The notes: generated by a model not told the origin, from the sequence alone. DNA of 64,000 nt from Escherichia coli (GCF_044324785.1 NZ_CP172127.1), one strand, 5' to 3'. Numbered from the stretch's first letter, positions 11,512 to 22,414 are shown. Made by a program: numbers and translations.

Positions 11512-12435
11512 TCAGGCAATACGCACGCTTTCAGGCATACCTGCTTTCGTCATTTTGTTCAGCGCTCGTACCAGGGCCATAGCCTCCGCAACCTGACCAT
11601 CGTAGTCACGCAGCGTCAGTGAACCCCCGAACAGCTGTTTTACCCGGTACATCGCCGTTTCCGCTATCGAGCGACGGTTGTAATCTGTTGTCCATTTCCA
11701 CCGCGCATTACTCCCGGTCATTCGCTGATTAGCCACTGCACGGTTACGGTCTGCATATTCACCGGGCCAGTAACCCGCACCTTTTCGGGGAGGGATAAGC
11801 GCGCTGATTTTCTTACGCCGCAGTTCATCGTGACATAGCCGGGTATCGTAAGCGCCATCGGCGGCGGCTGACCTGATTTTCCGGTGGGTTTGCCGGATTA
11901 ACCCGGGGAAGGCCTCTGAGTCCGTAACGTTGTTCAGCGACAGGTCAGCGCAGATGATTTCATGTGTTTTACTGTCAACGGCGAGATGCAGCTTACGCCA
12001 GATACGGCGGCGTTCCTGGCCATGCTTTTTGACTTTCCACTCGCCTTCACCGAAGACCTTCAGCCCGGTGGAATCAATTACCAGGTGTGCGATTTCACCC
12101 CGGGTGGGCGTTTTGAAACTGACATTAACCGACTTTGCCCGCCTGCTGACACAGCTGTAATCCGGGCAGCGTAGCGGAACGTTCATCAGAGAAAAAATGG
12201 AATCAATAAAGCCCTGCGCAGCCCGCAGGGTCAGCCTGAATACGCGTTTAATGACCAGCACAGTAGTGATGGCAAGGTCAGAATAGCGCTGAGGTCTGCC
12301 TCGTGAAGAAGGTGTTGCTGACTCATACCAGGCCTGAATAGCTTCATCATCCAGCCAGAAAGTTATGGAGCCACGGTTGATGAGGGCTTTATTGTAGGTG
12401 GGCCAGTTGGTGATTTTGAACTTTTGCTTTGCCAC
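11512..12435 (-). CDS. IS903 transposase (DDE, IS5 family)
   Basis: Translation ...AKQKFKITNWPTYNKALINRGSITFWLDDEAIQAWYE...MPESVRIA matches the IS903 transposase; likely GTG start at 12435 gives 307 aa, whereas the track ORF begins at an upstream in-frame ATG at 12480. Confidence 0.9.
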   Translation of the reverse strand: MAKQKFKITNWPTYNKALINRGSITFWLDDEAIQAWYESATPSSRGRPQRYSDLAITTVLVIKRVFRLTLRAAQGFIDSIFSLMNVPLRCPDYSCVSRRAKSVNVSFKTPTRGEIAHLVIDSTGLKVFGEGEWKVKKHGQERRRIWRKLHLAVDSKTHEIICADLSLNNVTDSEAFPGLIRQTHRKIRSAAADGAYDTRLCHDELRRKKISALIPPRKGAGYWPGEYADRNRAVANQRMTGSNARWKWTTDYNRRSIAETAMYRVKQLFGGSLTLRDYDGQVAEAMALVRALNKMTKAGMPESVRIA

Positions 12436-12494
12436 GGAACGGTCTGCGTTGTCGGGAAGATACGTGATCTGATCCTTCAACTCAGCAAAAGTTC

Positions 12495-12512
12495 GATTTA
12501 TTCAACAAAGCC
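12495..12512. repeat. IS903 terminal inverted repeat (transposase-proximal end)
   Basis: GATTTATTCAACAAAGCC, reverse complement of 11456-11473. Confidence 0.9.
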
Positions 12513-12521
12513 CTTCAAGGA
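12513..12521. repeat. 9-bp target site duplication (right copy) of the IS903 insertion
   Basis: CTTCAAGGA identical to 11447-11455; a 9-bp duplication is what I recall for IS903. Confidence 0.9.
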
Positions 12522-13804
12522 ATTAAAGTTCTCGATTTCACCGGTGTGCAATCTGGCCCATCTTGTACTCAGATGCTGGCCTGGTTTGGCGCTGACGTCA
12601 TTAAAATTGAACGTCCCGGCGTTGGTGACGTAACGCGTCACCAGCTGCGAGATATTCCTGATATCGATGCGCTTTACTTCACCATGCTTAACAGTAACAA
12701 ACGTTCTATTGAATTAAATACCAAAACAGCGGAAGGCAAAGAGGTAATGGAAAAGCTGATCCGCGAAGCTGATATCTTAGTCGAGAACTTTCATCCAGGG
12801 GCCATTGATCACATGGGCTTCACCTGGGAGCATATTCAAGAAATCAATCCACGTCTGATTTTTGGTTCGATCAAAGGGTTTGATGAGTGTTCGCCTTATG
12901 TGAATGTAAAAGCCTATGAAAACGTTGCTCAGGCAGCGGGTGGTGCGGCATCCACTACAGGTTTTTGGGACGGCCCGCCGCTGGTAAGCGCTGCAGCGTT
13001 GGGTGACAGCAACACCGGAATGCATTTGCTGATCGGTTTACTTGCTGCTTTGCTGCATCGCGAAAAAACGGGGCGTGGGCAACGAGTTACCATGTCAATG
13101 CAGGATGCCGTGTTGAACCTTTGCCGCGTGAAATTACGCGACCAGCAGCGTCTCGATAAGTTGGGGTATCTGGAAGAATACCCGCAGTATCCGAATGGCA
13201 CATTTGGTGATGCAGTTCCCCGCGGTGGTAATGCGGGTGGTGGCGGTCAGCCTGGCTGGATCCTGAAATGTAAAGGCTGGGAAACCGATCCTAATGCCTA
13301 TATTTATTTCACTATTCAGGAGCAAAACTGGGAAAACACCTGTAAAGCTATCGGCAAACCAGAATGGATTACCGATCCGGCATATAGTACAGCTCATGCC
13401 CGACAGCCACATATTTTCGATATTTTTGCTGAAATCGAAAAATACACTGTCACTATTGATAAACATGAAGCGGTGGCCTATTTGACTCAGTTTGATATTC
13501 CTTGTGCACCGGTTTTAAGTATGAAAGAAATTTCACTTGATCCCTCTTTGCGCCAAAGTGGCAGTGTTGTCGAAGTGGAACAACCGTTGCGTGGAAAATA
13601 TCTGACAGTTGGTTGTCCAATGAAATTCTCTGCCTTTACGCCGGATATTAAAGCTGCGCCGCTATTAGGTGAACATACCGCTGCTGTATTGCAGGAGTTG
13701 GGTTATAGCGACGATGAAATTGCTGCAATGAAGCAAAACCACGCCATCTGATATTAACGGGGGCTTCTGGCTCCCAATTTATAAAAATTTCGAGGTTATT
13801 AATC

Positions 13805-15499
13805 ATGTCAGATCAACTTCAAATGACAGATGGTATGCATATCATCGTTGAAGCATTAAAACAGAATAATATTGACACTATTTATGGTGTTGTAGGTATT
13901 CCTGTGACGGATATGGCACGCCATGCCCAGGCGGAAGGCATTCGTTATATTGGTTTTCGTCATGAGCAGTCGGCAGGCTATGCCGCTGCGGCAAGCGGTT
14001 TTCTTACCCAAAAACCAGGGATCTGCCTGACAGTGTCTGCGCCAGGATTCCTCAATGGTTTGACCGCATTGGCCAACGCAACGGTAAATGGTTTTCCGAT
14101 GATCATGATTAGCGGCTCCAGCGACCGCGCGATCGTCGACCTACAGCAAGGTGATTATGAAGAGCTGGACCAAATGAATGCGGCAAAACCGTATGCCAAA
14201 GCAGCATTCCGCGTTAATCAGCCGCAGGATCTTGGCATTGCATTGGCACGCGCTATCCGGGTCTCAGTATCGGGTCGCCCTGGCGGAGTTTATCTTGATT
14301 TGCCTGCAAATGTCCTGGCCGCGACGATGGAAAAAGACGAAGCGTTAACCACGATTGTAAAAGTTGAAAATCCGTCGCCAGCATTATTGCCATGCCCGAA
14401 GTCAGTCACTAGCGCAATTTCGCTTTTAGCAAAAGCTGAACGGCCATTAATTATCCTTGGCAAAGGCGCGGCGTATTCACAAGCTGATGAACAGCTTCGT
14501 GAATTTATTGAAAGTGCTCAGATCCCATTCCTGCCAATGTCTATGGCGAAAGGGATCCTCGAAGATACGCATCCACTTTCTGCGGCAGCTGCGCGTTCGT
14601 TTGCCCTGGCAAATGCTGACGTTGTCATGCTTGTTGGTGCACGACTGAATTGGTTACTGGCGCACGGTAAAAAAGGATGGGCGGCAGATACACAGTTTAT
14701 TCAACTGGAAATTGAACCGCAGGAAATTGACAGCAACCGCCCCATTGCTGTGCCAGTCGTTGGTGATATTGCATCCAGTATGCAAGGTATACTGGCAGAA
14801 TTGAAACAAAACACATTTACGACTCCACTGGTATGGCGCGATATTTTAAATATCCACAAGCAGCAAAATGCACAAAAAATGCATGAAAAATTAAGTACAG
14901 ATACTCAACCATTAAATTACTTTAATGCATTAAGTGCTGTGCGCGACGTATTGCGCGAGAACCAGGATATTTATTTAGTTAATGAAGGGGCAAATACCCT
15001 GGATAATGCACGAAATATTATTGATATGTATAAACCACGTCGTCGTCTGGATTGTGGCACCTGGGGTGTCATGGGCATCGGTATGGGCTATGCCATCGGT
15101 GCTAGCGTGACTTCTGGTTCTCCGGTTGTCGCCATTGAAGGTGATAGTGCTTTTGGTTTCAGTGGGATGGAGATTGAAACGATTTGTCGATATAACCTGC
15201 CGGTGACGATCGTTATTTTTAATAATGGCGGCATTTACAGAGGAGACGGTGTTGATCTCAGTGGCGCTGGTGCACCATCACCAACAGATCTATTGCACCA
15301 TGCAAGGTATGACAAATTAATGGATGCGTTTCGTGGCGTTGGCTATAACGTCACTACGACAGATGAACTTCGTCATGCTTTAACCACCGGTATTCAGTCG
15401 CGCAAACCGACCATTATTAATGTGGTCATCGACCCTGCAGCAGGAACTGAAAGTGGCCATATTACCAAACTTAACCCAAAACAAGTCGCTGGTAATTAA
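13805..15499 (+). CDS. oxc: oxalyl-CoA decarboxylase (thiamine diphosphate-dependent)
   Basis: 564-aa ORF recognised as Oxc; directly downstream of frc. Confidence 0.92.
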   Translation: MSDQLQMTDGMHIIVEALKQNNIDTIYGVVGIPVTDMARHAQAEGIRYIGFRHEQSAGYAAAASGFLTQKPGICLTVSAPGFLNGLTALANATVNGFPMIMISGSSDRAIVDLQQGDYEELDQMNAAKPYAKAAFRVNQPQDLGIALARAIRVSVSGRPGGVYLDLPANVLAATMEKDEALTTIVKVENPSPALLPCPKSVTSAISLLAKAERPLIILGKGAAYSQADEQLREFIESAQIPFLPMSMAKGILEDTHPLSAAAARSFALANADVVMLVGARLNWLLAHGKKGWAADTQFIQLEIEPQEIDSNRPIAVPVVGDIASSMQGILAELKQNTFTTPLVWRDILNIHKQQNAQKMHEKLSTDTQPLNYFNALSAVRDVLRENQDIYLVNEGANTLDNARNIIDMYKPRRRLDCGTWGVMGIGMGYAIGASVTSGSPVVAIEGDSAFGFSGMEIETICRYNLPVTIVIFNNGGIYRGDGVDLSGAGAPSPTDLLHHARYDKLMDAFRGVGYNVTTTDELRHALTTGIQSRKPTIINVVIDPAAGTESGHITKLNPKQVAGN

Positions 15500-15567
15500 A
15501 TACTGACATCGTCTCCTCTTGCCAACTCATTATCGATGGTGAGGGGACCCTTATCGGAAATACTATT

Positions 15568-16512
15568 ATGCTAACATTTTTTATTGGCGATTTATTGCCT
15601 ATTATCGTAATCATGCTGTTGGGTTATTTTAGCGGCAGACGAGAAACTTTTTCAGAAGATCAAGCCCGGGCATTTAATAAACTGGTATTAAACTACGCTC
15701 TTCCTGCGGCTCTATTTGTATCTATTACCCGGGCAAACAGGGAAATGATTTTTGCGGACACTCGTCTGACCCTTGTATCACTTGTGGTTATTGTCGGATG
15801 TTTCTTTTTCTCCTGGTTCGGTTGCTACAAATTTTTTAAACGTACTCATGCAGAAGCAGCAGTATGTGCATTAATTGCAGGTTCACCTACCATTGGATTC
15901 CTGGGATTTGCAGTTCTCGATCCTATTTATGGTGATTCCGTATCAACAGGTTTAGTTGTAGCAATTATTTCTATTATTGTTAACGCAATTACTATTCCTA
16001 TTGGTCTGTATTTGCTGAATCCTTCCTCAGGAGCGGATGGTAAGAAGAATAGTAATCTGAGCGCATTAATTTCTGCGGCAAAGGAGCCAGTAGTATGGGC
16101 ACCTGTTCTGGCAACGATCCTGGTGTTGGTTGGGGTAAAAATTCCGTCAGCATGGGACCCAACCTTTAATCTGATTGCGAAGGCTAACTCAGGGGTAGCG
16201 GTATTCGCTGCGGGGTTGACTCTGGCTGCACATAAATTCGAGTTCAGTGCCGAAATTGCTTATAACACCTTCCTGAAGCTGATTCTGATGCCACTGGCGC
16301 TGCTTCTCGTTGGTATGGCATGTCATTTGAACAGCGAACATTTGCAGATGATGGTACTGGCAGGCGCTTTACCGCCGGCATTCTCCGGAATCATTATTGC
16401 CAGCCGGTTTAATGTCTACACCCGCACTGGTACAGCATCATTGGCTGTGAGCGTACTGGGCTTTGTCGTCACGGCTCCCTTGTGGATTTATGTCAGTCGA
16501 CTGGTTTCATAA
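15568..16512 (+). CDS. yfdV: AEC-family membrane transporter
   Basis: 314-aa polytopic membrane ORF between oxc and yfdE. Confidence 0.88.
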   Translation: MLTFFIGDLLPIIVIMLLGYFSGRRETFSEDQARAFNKLVLNYALPAALFVSITRANREMIFADTRLTLVSLVVIVGCFFFSWFGCYKFFKRTHAEAAVCALIAGSPTIGFLGFAVLDPIYGDSVSTGLVVAIISIIVNAITIPIGLYLLNPSSGADGKKNSNLSALISAAKEPVVWAPVLATILVLVGVKIPSAWDPTFNLIAKANSGVAVFAAGLTLAAHKFEFSAEIAYNTFLKLILMPLALLLVGMACHLNSEHLQMMVLAGALPPAFSGIIIASRFNVYTRTGTASLAVSVLGFVVTAPLWIYVSRLVS

Positions 16513-16585
16513 TTAATCATGTTATTGATTTTACATAAATGCCGAAGTGTCTTTTCACCTTCGGCTTTTTTCAAGGCATAAGCAA

Positions 16586-17731
16586 ATGACAAATAATGAA
16601 TGCAAAGGGCCGTTTGAAGGCTTATTAGTTATCGATATGACACATGTCCTTAATGGACCTTTCGGAACTCAACTTCTTTGTAATATGGGCGCAAGGGTAA
16701 TTAAAGTTGAGCCGCCGGGTCATGGTGATGATACCCGCACATTTGGTCCCTATGTGGATGGGCAGTCACTCTATTACAGTTTTATTAATCATGGCAAAGA
16801 GAGTGTGGTTCTTGATTTAAAGAATGCTCACGATAAAAGTATATTTATAAATATGCTTAAACAAGCTGATGTATTAGCTGAGAATTTTCGCCCAGGTACA
16901 ATGGAAAAACTGGGGTTTTCATGGGAAACGCTACAAGAAATCAACCCGCGTCTCATATATGCTTCATCGTCAGGTTTTGGGCATACCGGCCCGCTAAAAG
17001 ATGCTCCAGCCTACGATACCATCATTCAGGCAATGAGCGGGATAATGATGGAAACAGGGTACCCTGATGCTCCGCCAGTGCGCGTGGGTACCTCTCTTGC
17101 GGATTTATGTGGCGGTGTCTATTTATTCAGCGGAATAGTGAGTGCACTTTATGGCCGCGAAAAGAGCCAGAGAGGGGCGCATGTCGATATAGCGATGTTT
17201 GATGCCACGCTGAGTTTTCTGGAGCATGGTCTGATGGCATATATTGCGACAGGGAAGTCACCACAACGCCTGGGAAATCGCCATCCCTACATGGCACCTT
17301 TTGATGTTTTTGATACTCAGGATAAGCCGATTACGATTTGTTGTGGTAATGACAAGCTTTTTTCTGCGTTATGCCAGGCACTGGAGCTTACGGAACTGGT
17401 TAATGATCCCCGATTTAGCAGCAATATTTTACGCGTACAAAACCAGGCTATTCTTAAACAATATATTGAGCGAACGTTAAAAACACAGGCAGCTGAAGTT
17501 TGGTTAGCCAAAATACATGAAGTTGGTGTGCCCGTCGCGCCGTTATTAAGTGTGGCTGAGGCCATTAATTTGCCACAAACTCAGGCGAGAAATATGTTGA
17601 TTGAAGCCGGGGGAATAATGATGCCAGGTAATCCGATAAAAATCAGCGGCTGCGCGGACCCGCATGTTATGCCGGGAGCGGCAACGCTCGACCAGCATGG
17701 GGAACAAATTCGCCAGGAATTCTCATCGTAA
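16586..17731 (+). CDS. yfdE: CoA-transferase family III protein (acetyl-CoA:oxalate CoA-transferase)
   Basis: Track ORF 16547-17731; the YfdE N-terminus MTNNECKGPFEGLLVIDMTH puts the start at 16586 (381 aa); paralogous to Frc. Confidence 0.88.
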   Translation: MTNNECKGPFEGLLVIDMTHVLNGPFGTQLLCNMGARVIKVEPPGHGDDTRTFGPYVDGQSLYYSFINHGKESVVLDLKNAHDKSIFINMLKQADVLAENFRPGTMEKLGFSWETLQEINPRLIYASSSGFGHTGPLKDAPAYDTIIQAMSGIMMETGYPDAPPVRVGTSLADLCGGVYLFSGIVSALYGREKSQRGAHVDIAMFDATLSFLEHGLMAYIATGKSPQRLGNRHPYMAPFDVFDTQDKPITICCGNDKLFSALCQALELTELVNDPRFSSNILRVQNQAILKQYIERTLKTQAAEVWLAKIHEVGVPVAPLLSVAEAINLPQTQARNMLIEAGGIMMPGNPIKISGCADPHVMPGAATLDQHGEQIRQEFSS

Positions 17732-17753
17732 ATGTTAGATATGCTGGTAAATA

Positions 17754-17780
17754 GCTCCCACATTTGAACATTGTGGGAGC
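17754..17780. terminator. hairpin between convergent yfdE and evgS (probable bidirectional terminator)
   Basis: GCTCCCACA (17754-17762), 9-nt loop, TGTGGGAGC (17772-17780); T-rich sequence on the plus-strand side only moderately convincing. Confidence 0.5.
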
Positions 17781-17786
17781 CGCTAT

Positions 17787-20700
17787 TTAGTCATTTTGTT
17801 GACAGAAAACAGCAATCTCCTGGTCTAACTCTGCAATGTGTTCTTTAACAGAGTTCAGCAACTTAAGAATTTCAGGCTTGCTGTCATCTGAAACGGGCGT
17901 TATTTCTAACTGATGGCTAATATTAATCAACTTTTGCAAATTCAGGATGTTAGCCGCACCGTGGATGCGATGAATACACTGATGGAAAGTTCTGTTGTCG
18001 CCAGCTTCTAGTGCATGAAACGCAGCGGGTAGATCTTTATGCGTTTCATGCTGGAAAGTCATGAGAATCTCCTGCATCAGTTGTAGATCGTTCGCCGTAT
18101 TATTTTTCAGGGCCTCGATATCAAGGTGGCGATACTGAGGTGCAATATGCGCAACCTGGTGTAACTGACTTAAATGTGTTTTCAGTACATCCAGGGTCAA
18201 CGGTTTGAACAAACATAAGTTCATGCCGCAATTTAACCCTTTTTCACGTTCGTTAGCCTGTGCGTTGGCTGTAAGCCCCCAGATGGGTAAGGAAGAATTT
18301 TGCTCACGGAGTTTGCGAGTCAACTCAAAACCATCCATATTCGGCATATTAACGTCAGTAATAAGCAGATCATAATGTTGCATACTGACTTTGTGTAGCG
18401 CTTGCACACCATCAGTTGCTTCATCAACATCATATCCTAATAGGTTTAGCTGGCGTTTGAGTAATAGCCTGTTGGTCGGATGATCATCCGCTATTAATAT
18501 GCTCAACTTTTCAGGGAGTGTCATAGGTTGTTCTGCTTTTGCCTCGACAGTCGCCACTTGTTGGGTAATTTCTACCGGGATTGTGATCGTAAATGTCGTT
18601 CCTATGCCTGGATGACTTTCTAATGATAAATCGCCCTGCATGTTTTTAATTAATTCTTTGCAGATCATTAAGCCTAAACCAGAACCTGTTTGCTGACGAC
18701 CTGCACTTGTTTGGCTATAGCGTTTAAACAGTTGTTGTTGTTCTTCCTGCGATAATCCACTTCCAGAATCCATAATCGTCATTTTGATAACAGCGTGGTT
18801 GTCATCAATGTGACCCAGGGAGGTCGTAATTTTTACTGCCCCCTCGGTAGTAAATTTAAGAGCATTGCTCAGTAAATTAGATAAGACCTGCTTAAACGCC
18901 TGAGGGTCGATCTTAACCTGGTAATGTTCTGGAAACGTACTGCTGCAACTTAATGCGATGGATTTGCTTGCAGCAATCGCACCGAAAGAGTGACAAGTGT
19001 TCTGGACTAAAGTAGGGATGTCGACCCATTGTGGTTGAAGTTGATAGTTACCCGACTCAATTTTGTCGACATCAAGGATTTCACCAATTAAGCCGAGGAG
19101 TGATTGTCCGGTGGCGTAGGCAAGTGAAATCGCCTCCACCCGTTGCTCCTTGCTAAGACCAGAACCCGACAGAAGTTCGAGGAAGCCCATAATGGAGCTT
19201 ATTGGTGTTCTTATTTCGTGACTCATTGTTGCCAGAAACTGGCTTTTTGCGACAGTTGCATTGATCGCTTTATTTCTCTCTACTTCGAGTGCATGAATTA
19301 AATCACGCGTCTCGGTAATATCTTGCCAACCACAAATATAAACAGCATGATCGCTGGCTGGCAGATTGCATAATGTATGCCAGTGATTAATGCATCTTTT
19401 CTCGATGCCATTATCAATTTCAAATACCTGTGTGTATATTGTTCGATTTTCTTTCGTTTCTGCTGTGACTTCATGCGCATTAGAAAAAACATCTTTAAAG
19501 GGTGAGTCACTGTTTTCTAATGGTAACATTGCATTTTTGTAGTAATCCGCAGTGAAATAATGTTCAAAAGCACTATTATGACTAATGACATTACCTTGCC
19601 AGTTTACAACATAAGTTGGATTCGGTAAGGAATCCGAGAGTGCTTTTCGGAATGATATTTGGTTTTCTAAATCACCCTGAATGACTTTACGACGACGAAC
19701 TGAGCGTAACAGGTAGAATCCCCATAAAAGGCTACTGCCAACTAATAAAACGGATAATGTCGTGACAATATAAAATTGCTCGCTATAGAGGTCCCATGTG
19801 TCAATGGTCACATTGGGCATTTTAATCCATTTTTCCGTCAGGCGCAGAACTTCGCTTGGGGGAATTGCATTCAGTGCTTTATTAATAATATCCTTAAGTT
19901 CCGGTTCTCCGCGAGGAAAAGCGAACGAAAGCGATGCATTCTGAACGCCGGGAATAAGAAAATGATAAAGTTCATTAGGATAGTAATGGTCGATCATGTA
20001 ACGCGAATTTAGCTGTGTCGCGACCAGAGCATCAAGTTCACCTTCCTTGACCTTGTGAAATGCAGCACTAGCGTTATCGACTTTTATCCACTCTACCTCC
20101 GGATACATCTCTTTTAATTGCGAATGAAGCTCATAATAATATGGAATGGCAACTTTCATTCCTTTTTTTAATGTTTGTTCACTGTCAGGCGCTTTTTGCA
20201 TGACAAAAACGTAAGGCGTTGTTATGAAGGCTTCAGCAAATGAAACATTATTTTCTCGATCTTCACTATAAATAGCGGCGGGCAATATATCCCATCCACC
20301 GGGGTTAAGCTGTGTCCCCGCATGAATATTGTGTGAAACGGTGATCGGAGAAAAATTTAAACCTGTTTGCAAGGTAATAATATTAAGAATATCACCCATC
20401 ACGCCCCGAACTGAGCCAGTTTCATCTGTCATAGAATAGGGTGGCGAGTAAGGATTTTCCAGCACCTTTAAATCGGGATGCTGCTTAATCCACTGTTTTT
20501 CATGTTCAGTGAGTTCTAATGGTTTGTTCAGAAAGGCCAGGTTTCCTGTATCAAGCCAATTTTGTGATACTTCATAGCGAACTTCATTTGTTAAAGCATC
20601 AACAAACCGATTGAGTACTTCATTAAGAACGACTGAATCTTTTCTGGTTAAGAAAAAGTTATATTGACGCGGCGAGTTATAATATTTCACTACATTTAAG

Positions 20701-21380
20701 GAGTGAGTGAAATAGCGGGAAATCATACTGCTGGTAATAATGTTACTACCAATAAAGTAATCATTCTGTCCGGCTGAGACGGATGCTAATGCCTGATATA
20801 AATTTGTAAAAGAGATAATTGTTGCTTTTGGAAATGATTGATGAATTACCTCGTCTGGAGGGTAATTTGCTACCCGAGCAATATTTACTGGTTTTGATGA
20901 GGTAAGCGGTCTCATTGAATCGTGAAGGGTGGTGACCAGCGCCGGAAAGGTAATTATCAGCGGTTTGGTTGCAGCAATGTCATCATTAAGAGGCGGCGAA
21001 GCAACTAAATGTGATAACACTATATCGACTTCACCTTCTTCCAGCGCGTCCATTGCTTTTTGATGATCGGCGTATTCCCGGAGTGTTAATTTGATATTTA
21101 ACGCTCTTTTTAAAAGATTTAAATAATCAGCATTAATACCACGAACCCGTTGCTGCGAATCGGTATGCAACAACGTAGCCGTTTGGGACTTGTGTACTGC
21201 AATCACAAGATTTTTTTTGCTCGCTAACCAACGTAATTCCTTGTTGCTCAGACGTAGTGGATCAAGTGTGACACGGTTGTTACTACTGATGCCACGATAT
21301 TCGATGTAATCTTCGTCTGCGAAACTTATGGTCGACCAAAGACCACAACAGAGAAGAAAAATATAGGGTAAAAACTTCAT
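17787..21380 (-). CDS. evgS: hybrid sensor histidine kinase EvgS (acid and drug resistance two-component system)
   Basis: 1197-aa ORF with periplasmic binding-protein-like domains, histidine kinase core, receiver and HPt domains; recognised as EvgS. Confidence 0.95.
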   Translation of the reverse strand: MKFLPYIFLLCCGLWSTISFADEDYIEYRGISSNNRVTLDPLRLSNKELRWLASKKNLVIAVHKSQTATLLHTDSQQRVRGINADYLNLLKRALNIKLTLREYADHQKAMDALEEGEVDIVLSHLVASPPLNDDIAATKPLIITFPALVTTLHDSMRPLTSSKPVNIARVANYPPDEVIHQSFPKATIISFTNLYQALASVSAGQNDYFIGSNIITSSMISRYFTHSLNVVKYYNSPRQYNFFLTRKDSVVLNEVLNRFVDALTNEVRYEVSQNWLDTGNLAFLNKPLELTEHEKQWIKQHPDLKVLENPYSPPYSMTDETGSVRGVMGDILNIITLQTGLNFSPITVSHNIHAGTQLNPGGWDILPAAIYSEDRENNVSFAEAFITTPYVFVMQKAPDSEQTLKKGMKVAIPYYYELHSQLKEMYPEVEWIKVDNASAAFHKVKEGELDALVATQLNSRYMIDHYYPNELYHFLIPGVQNASLSFAFPRGEPELKDIINKALNAIPPSEVLRLTEKWIKMPNVTIDTWDLYSEQFYIVTTLSVLLVGSSLLWGFYLLRSVRRRKVIQGDLENQISFRKALSDSLPNPTYVVNWQGNVISHNSAFEHYFTADYYKNAMLPLENSDSPFKDVFSNAHEVTAETKENRTIYTQVFEIDNGIEKRCINHWHTLCNLPASDHAVYICGWQDITETRDLIHALEVERNKAINATVAKSQFLATMSHEIRTPISSIMGFLELLSGSGLSKEQRVEAISLAYATGQSLLGLIGEILDVDKIESGNYQLQPQWVDIPTLVQNTCHSFGAIAASKSIALSCSSTFPEHYQVKIDPQAFKQVLSNLLSNALKFTTEGAVKITTSLGHIDDNHAVIKMTIMDSGSGLSQEEQQQLFKRYSQTSAGRQQTGSGLGLMICKELIKNMQGDLSLESHPGIGTTFTITIPVEITQQVATVEAKAEQPMTLPEKLSILIADDHPTNRLLLKRQLNLLGYDVDEATDGVQALHKVSMQHYDLLITDVNMPNMDGFELTRKLREQNSSLPIWGLTANAQANEREKGLNCGMNLCLFKPLTLDVLKTHLSQLHQVAHIAPQYRHLDIEALKNNTANDLQLMQEILMTFQHETHKDLPAAFHALEAGDNRTFHQCIHRIHGAANILNLQKLINISHQLEITPVSDDSKPEILKLLNSVKEHIAELDQEIAVFCQQND

Positions 21381-21384
21381 GTGG

Positions 21385-21999
21385 TTAGCCGATTTTGTTA
21401 CGTTGTGCGAATGTGTAAAGATCCATCAGTGATTTACATTCTAATTTTTCCATCAGGCGACTTTTATAAGTGCTGACAGTTTTGTTGCTGATGAACATTT
21501 TTTCAGCAATGTCATTATTATCCTTGCCATCAAGAATATATCGCATGACACTAATTTCTTGTTTCGATAAGGAGTCGAGTTTTTGCTGGTCGGACGTTAA
21601 ACTTCCAACAAACCGGTTGAGAGAGAAGGGGAAATAGCAGTAGCCATTTTTTGCAGCTTCAATAGCCGCAATGATATTGTTCATGCCTTCTTTTTTACTC
21701 ACGAATCCATTAGCGCCAGCATCAGCACAATGTTTCCCGTAAAAATGGTCATTTTTAGCGGAGACGATAATAATAATTCCGCTATATTGACGCTTCCTTA
21801 GCGTTTCTAACACCTGGATACCGTTAACTCCGGGGATATCGACATCAATGATGACGATATCAGGCTTAAGTGTTTCCACCCGCTGAACGGCGCTTCCGCC
21901 TTCAGTCAACTCTGCTAAGATTTCAATATCGTTTTTGATCAATAAATTACGAATAGCTGCGATAGCAAGAGGATGGTCATCAATAATTATTGCGTTCAT
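21385..21999 (-). CDS. evgA: response regulator EvgA (LuxR/NarL family)
   Basis: 204-aa ORF MNAIIIDDHPLAIAAIRNLL... recognised as EvgA; directly upstream of evgS on the same strand. Confidence 0.95.
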   Translation of the reverse strand: MNAIIIDDHPLAIAAIRNLLIKNDIEILAELTEGGSAVQRVETLKPDIVIIDVDIPGVNGIQVLETLRKRQYSGIIIIVSAKNDHFYGKHCADAGANGFVSKKEGMNNIIAAIEAAKNGYCYFPFSLNRFVGSLTSDQQKLDSLSKQEISVMRYILDGKDNNDIAEKMFISNKTVSTYKSRLMEKLECKSLMDLYTFAQRNKIG

Positions 22000-22222
22000 A
22001 GATTATTCCCTTTGCAATGAAGCATCTCCCTTCTCCCTGTAGTAATACAGACATAAGGCATCATCTCATTTTCTCAATAAAAATAAGAAAATTTGAGCTT
22101 CCTTTAAGATAATTCGACAAGTATACCATATAAATAGTCGGCATAAATGAAATGTCAACAATAAAATCAGGGATTGTACCGATGATTTATAGTTTCACAT
22201 TAGCACTATAAGTCTTCTCACT

Positions 22223-22240
22223 AATCCTACAGGCGTAAGA
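22223..22240. promoter_or_regulatory. putative EvgA box in the evgA-emrK divergent intergenic region
   Basis: ATCCTACA-GG-CGTAAGAA, 16 of 18 matches to the EvgA consensus inverted repeat; lies between the divergent evgA and emrK genes. Confidence 0.55.
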
Positions 22241-22414
22241 ATTGTATTGCAAAAGCCACGGTTTAGTCCTCTGTTGTTTCTTTTGCACCTCATTTAAATT
22301 AGGCCTCCAACGTTCCTGGGATAATGTGCAACACATGCACTGTGTTTGATATGAAGAATGAATACTCTTTTCATTCAATTCATAAATTTCATCTATGCGA
22401 AATGAGAGATAATA

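Larger units (their letters stand above)
11456..12512 (-). mobile_element. IS903-type insertion sequence (IS5 family), complete, 1057 bp
   Basis: 18-bp terminal inverted repeats GGCTTTGTTGAATAAATC at 11456-11473 and its reverse complement at 12495-12512; exact 1057-bp length; single 307-aa transposase ORF; flanked by perfect 9-bp direct repeats. Confidence 0.92.
11435..13751 (+). pseudogene. frc: formyl-CoA:oxalate CoA-transferase gene interrupted by IS903 after codon 7
   Basis: ATG at 11435 encodes MSTPLQG, then the IS at 11456-12512; after the duplicated CTTCAAGGA the same frame continues [22 protein letters not shown]... to the stop at 13751, matching Frc. The track ORF 12546-13751 is the N-truncated remainder. 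Confidence 0.9.

Noticed and set aside
12480-12480. Upstream ATG start for the IS903 transposase (322-aa version from the ORF track)
   Set aside because: IS903-group transposases are 307 aa as I recall; the in-frame GTG at 12435 gives exactly that length and a (M)AKQKFKITNW N-terminus, so the longer form is probably an artefact of ATG-only ORF calling.
12424-12633. 69-aa plus-strand ORF running out of the IS903 end into frc
   Set aside because: It is in a different frame from frc (start phase 1 versus 0), so it cannot produce a transposase-end to Frc fusion; short, with no support.
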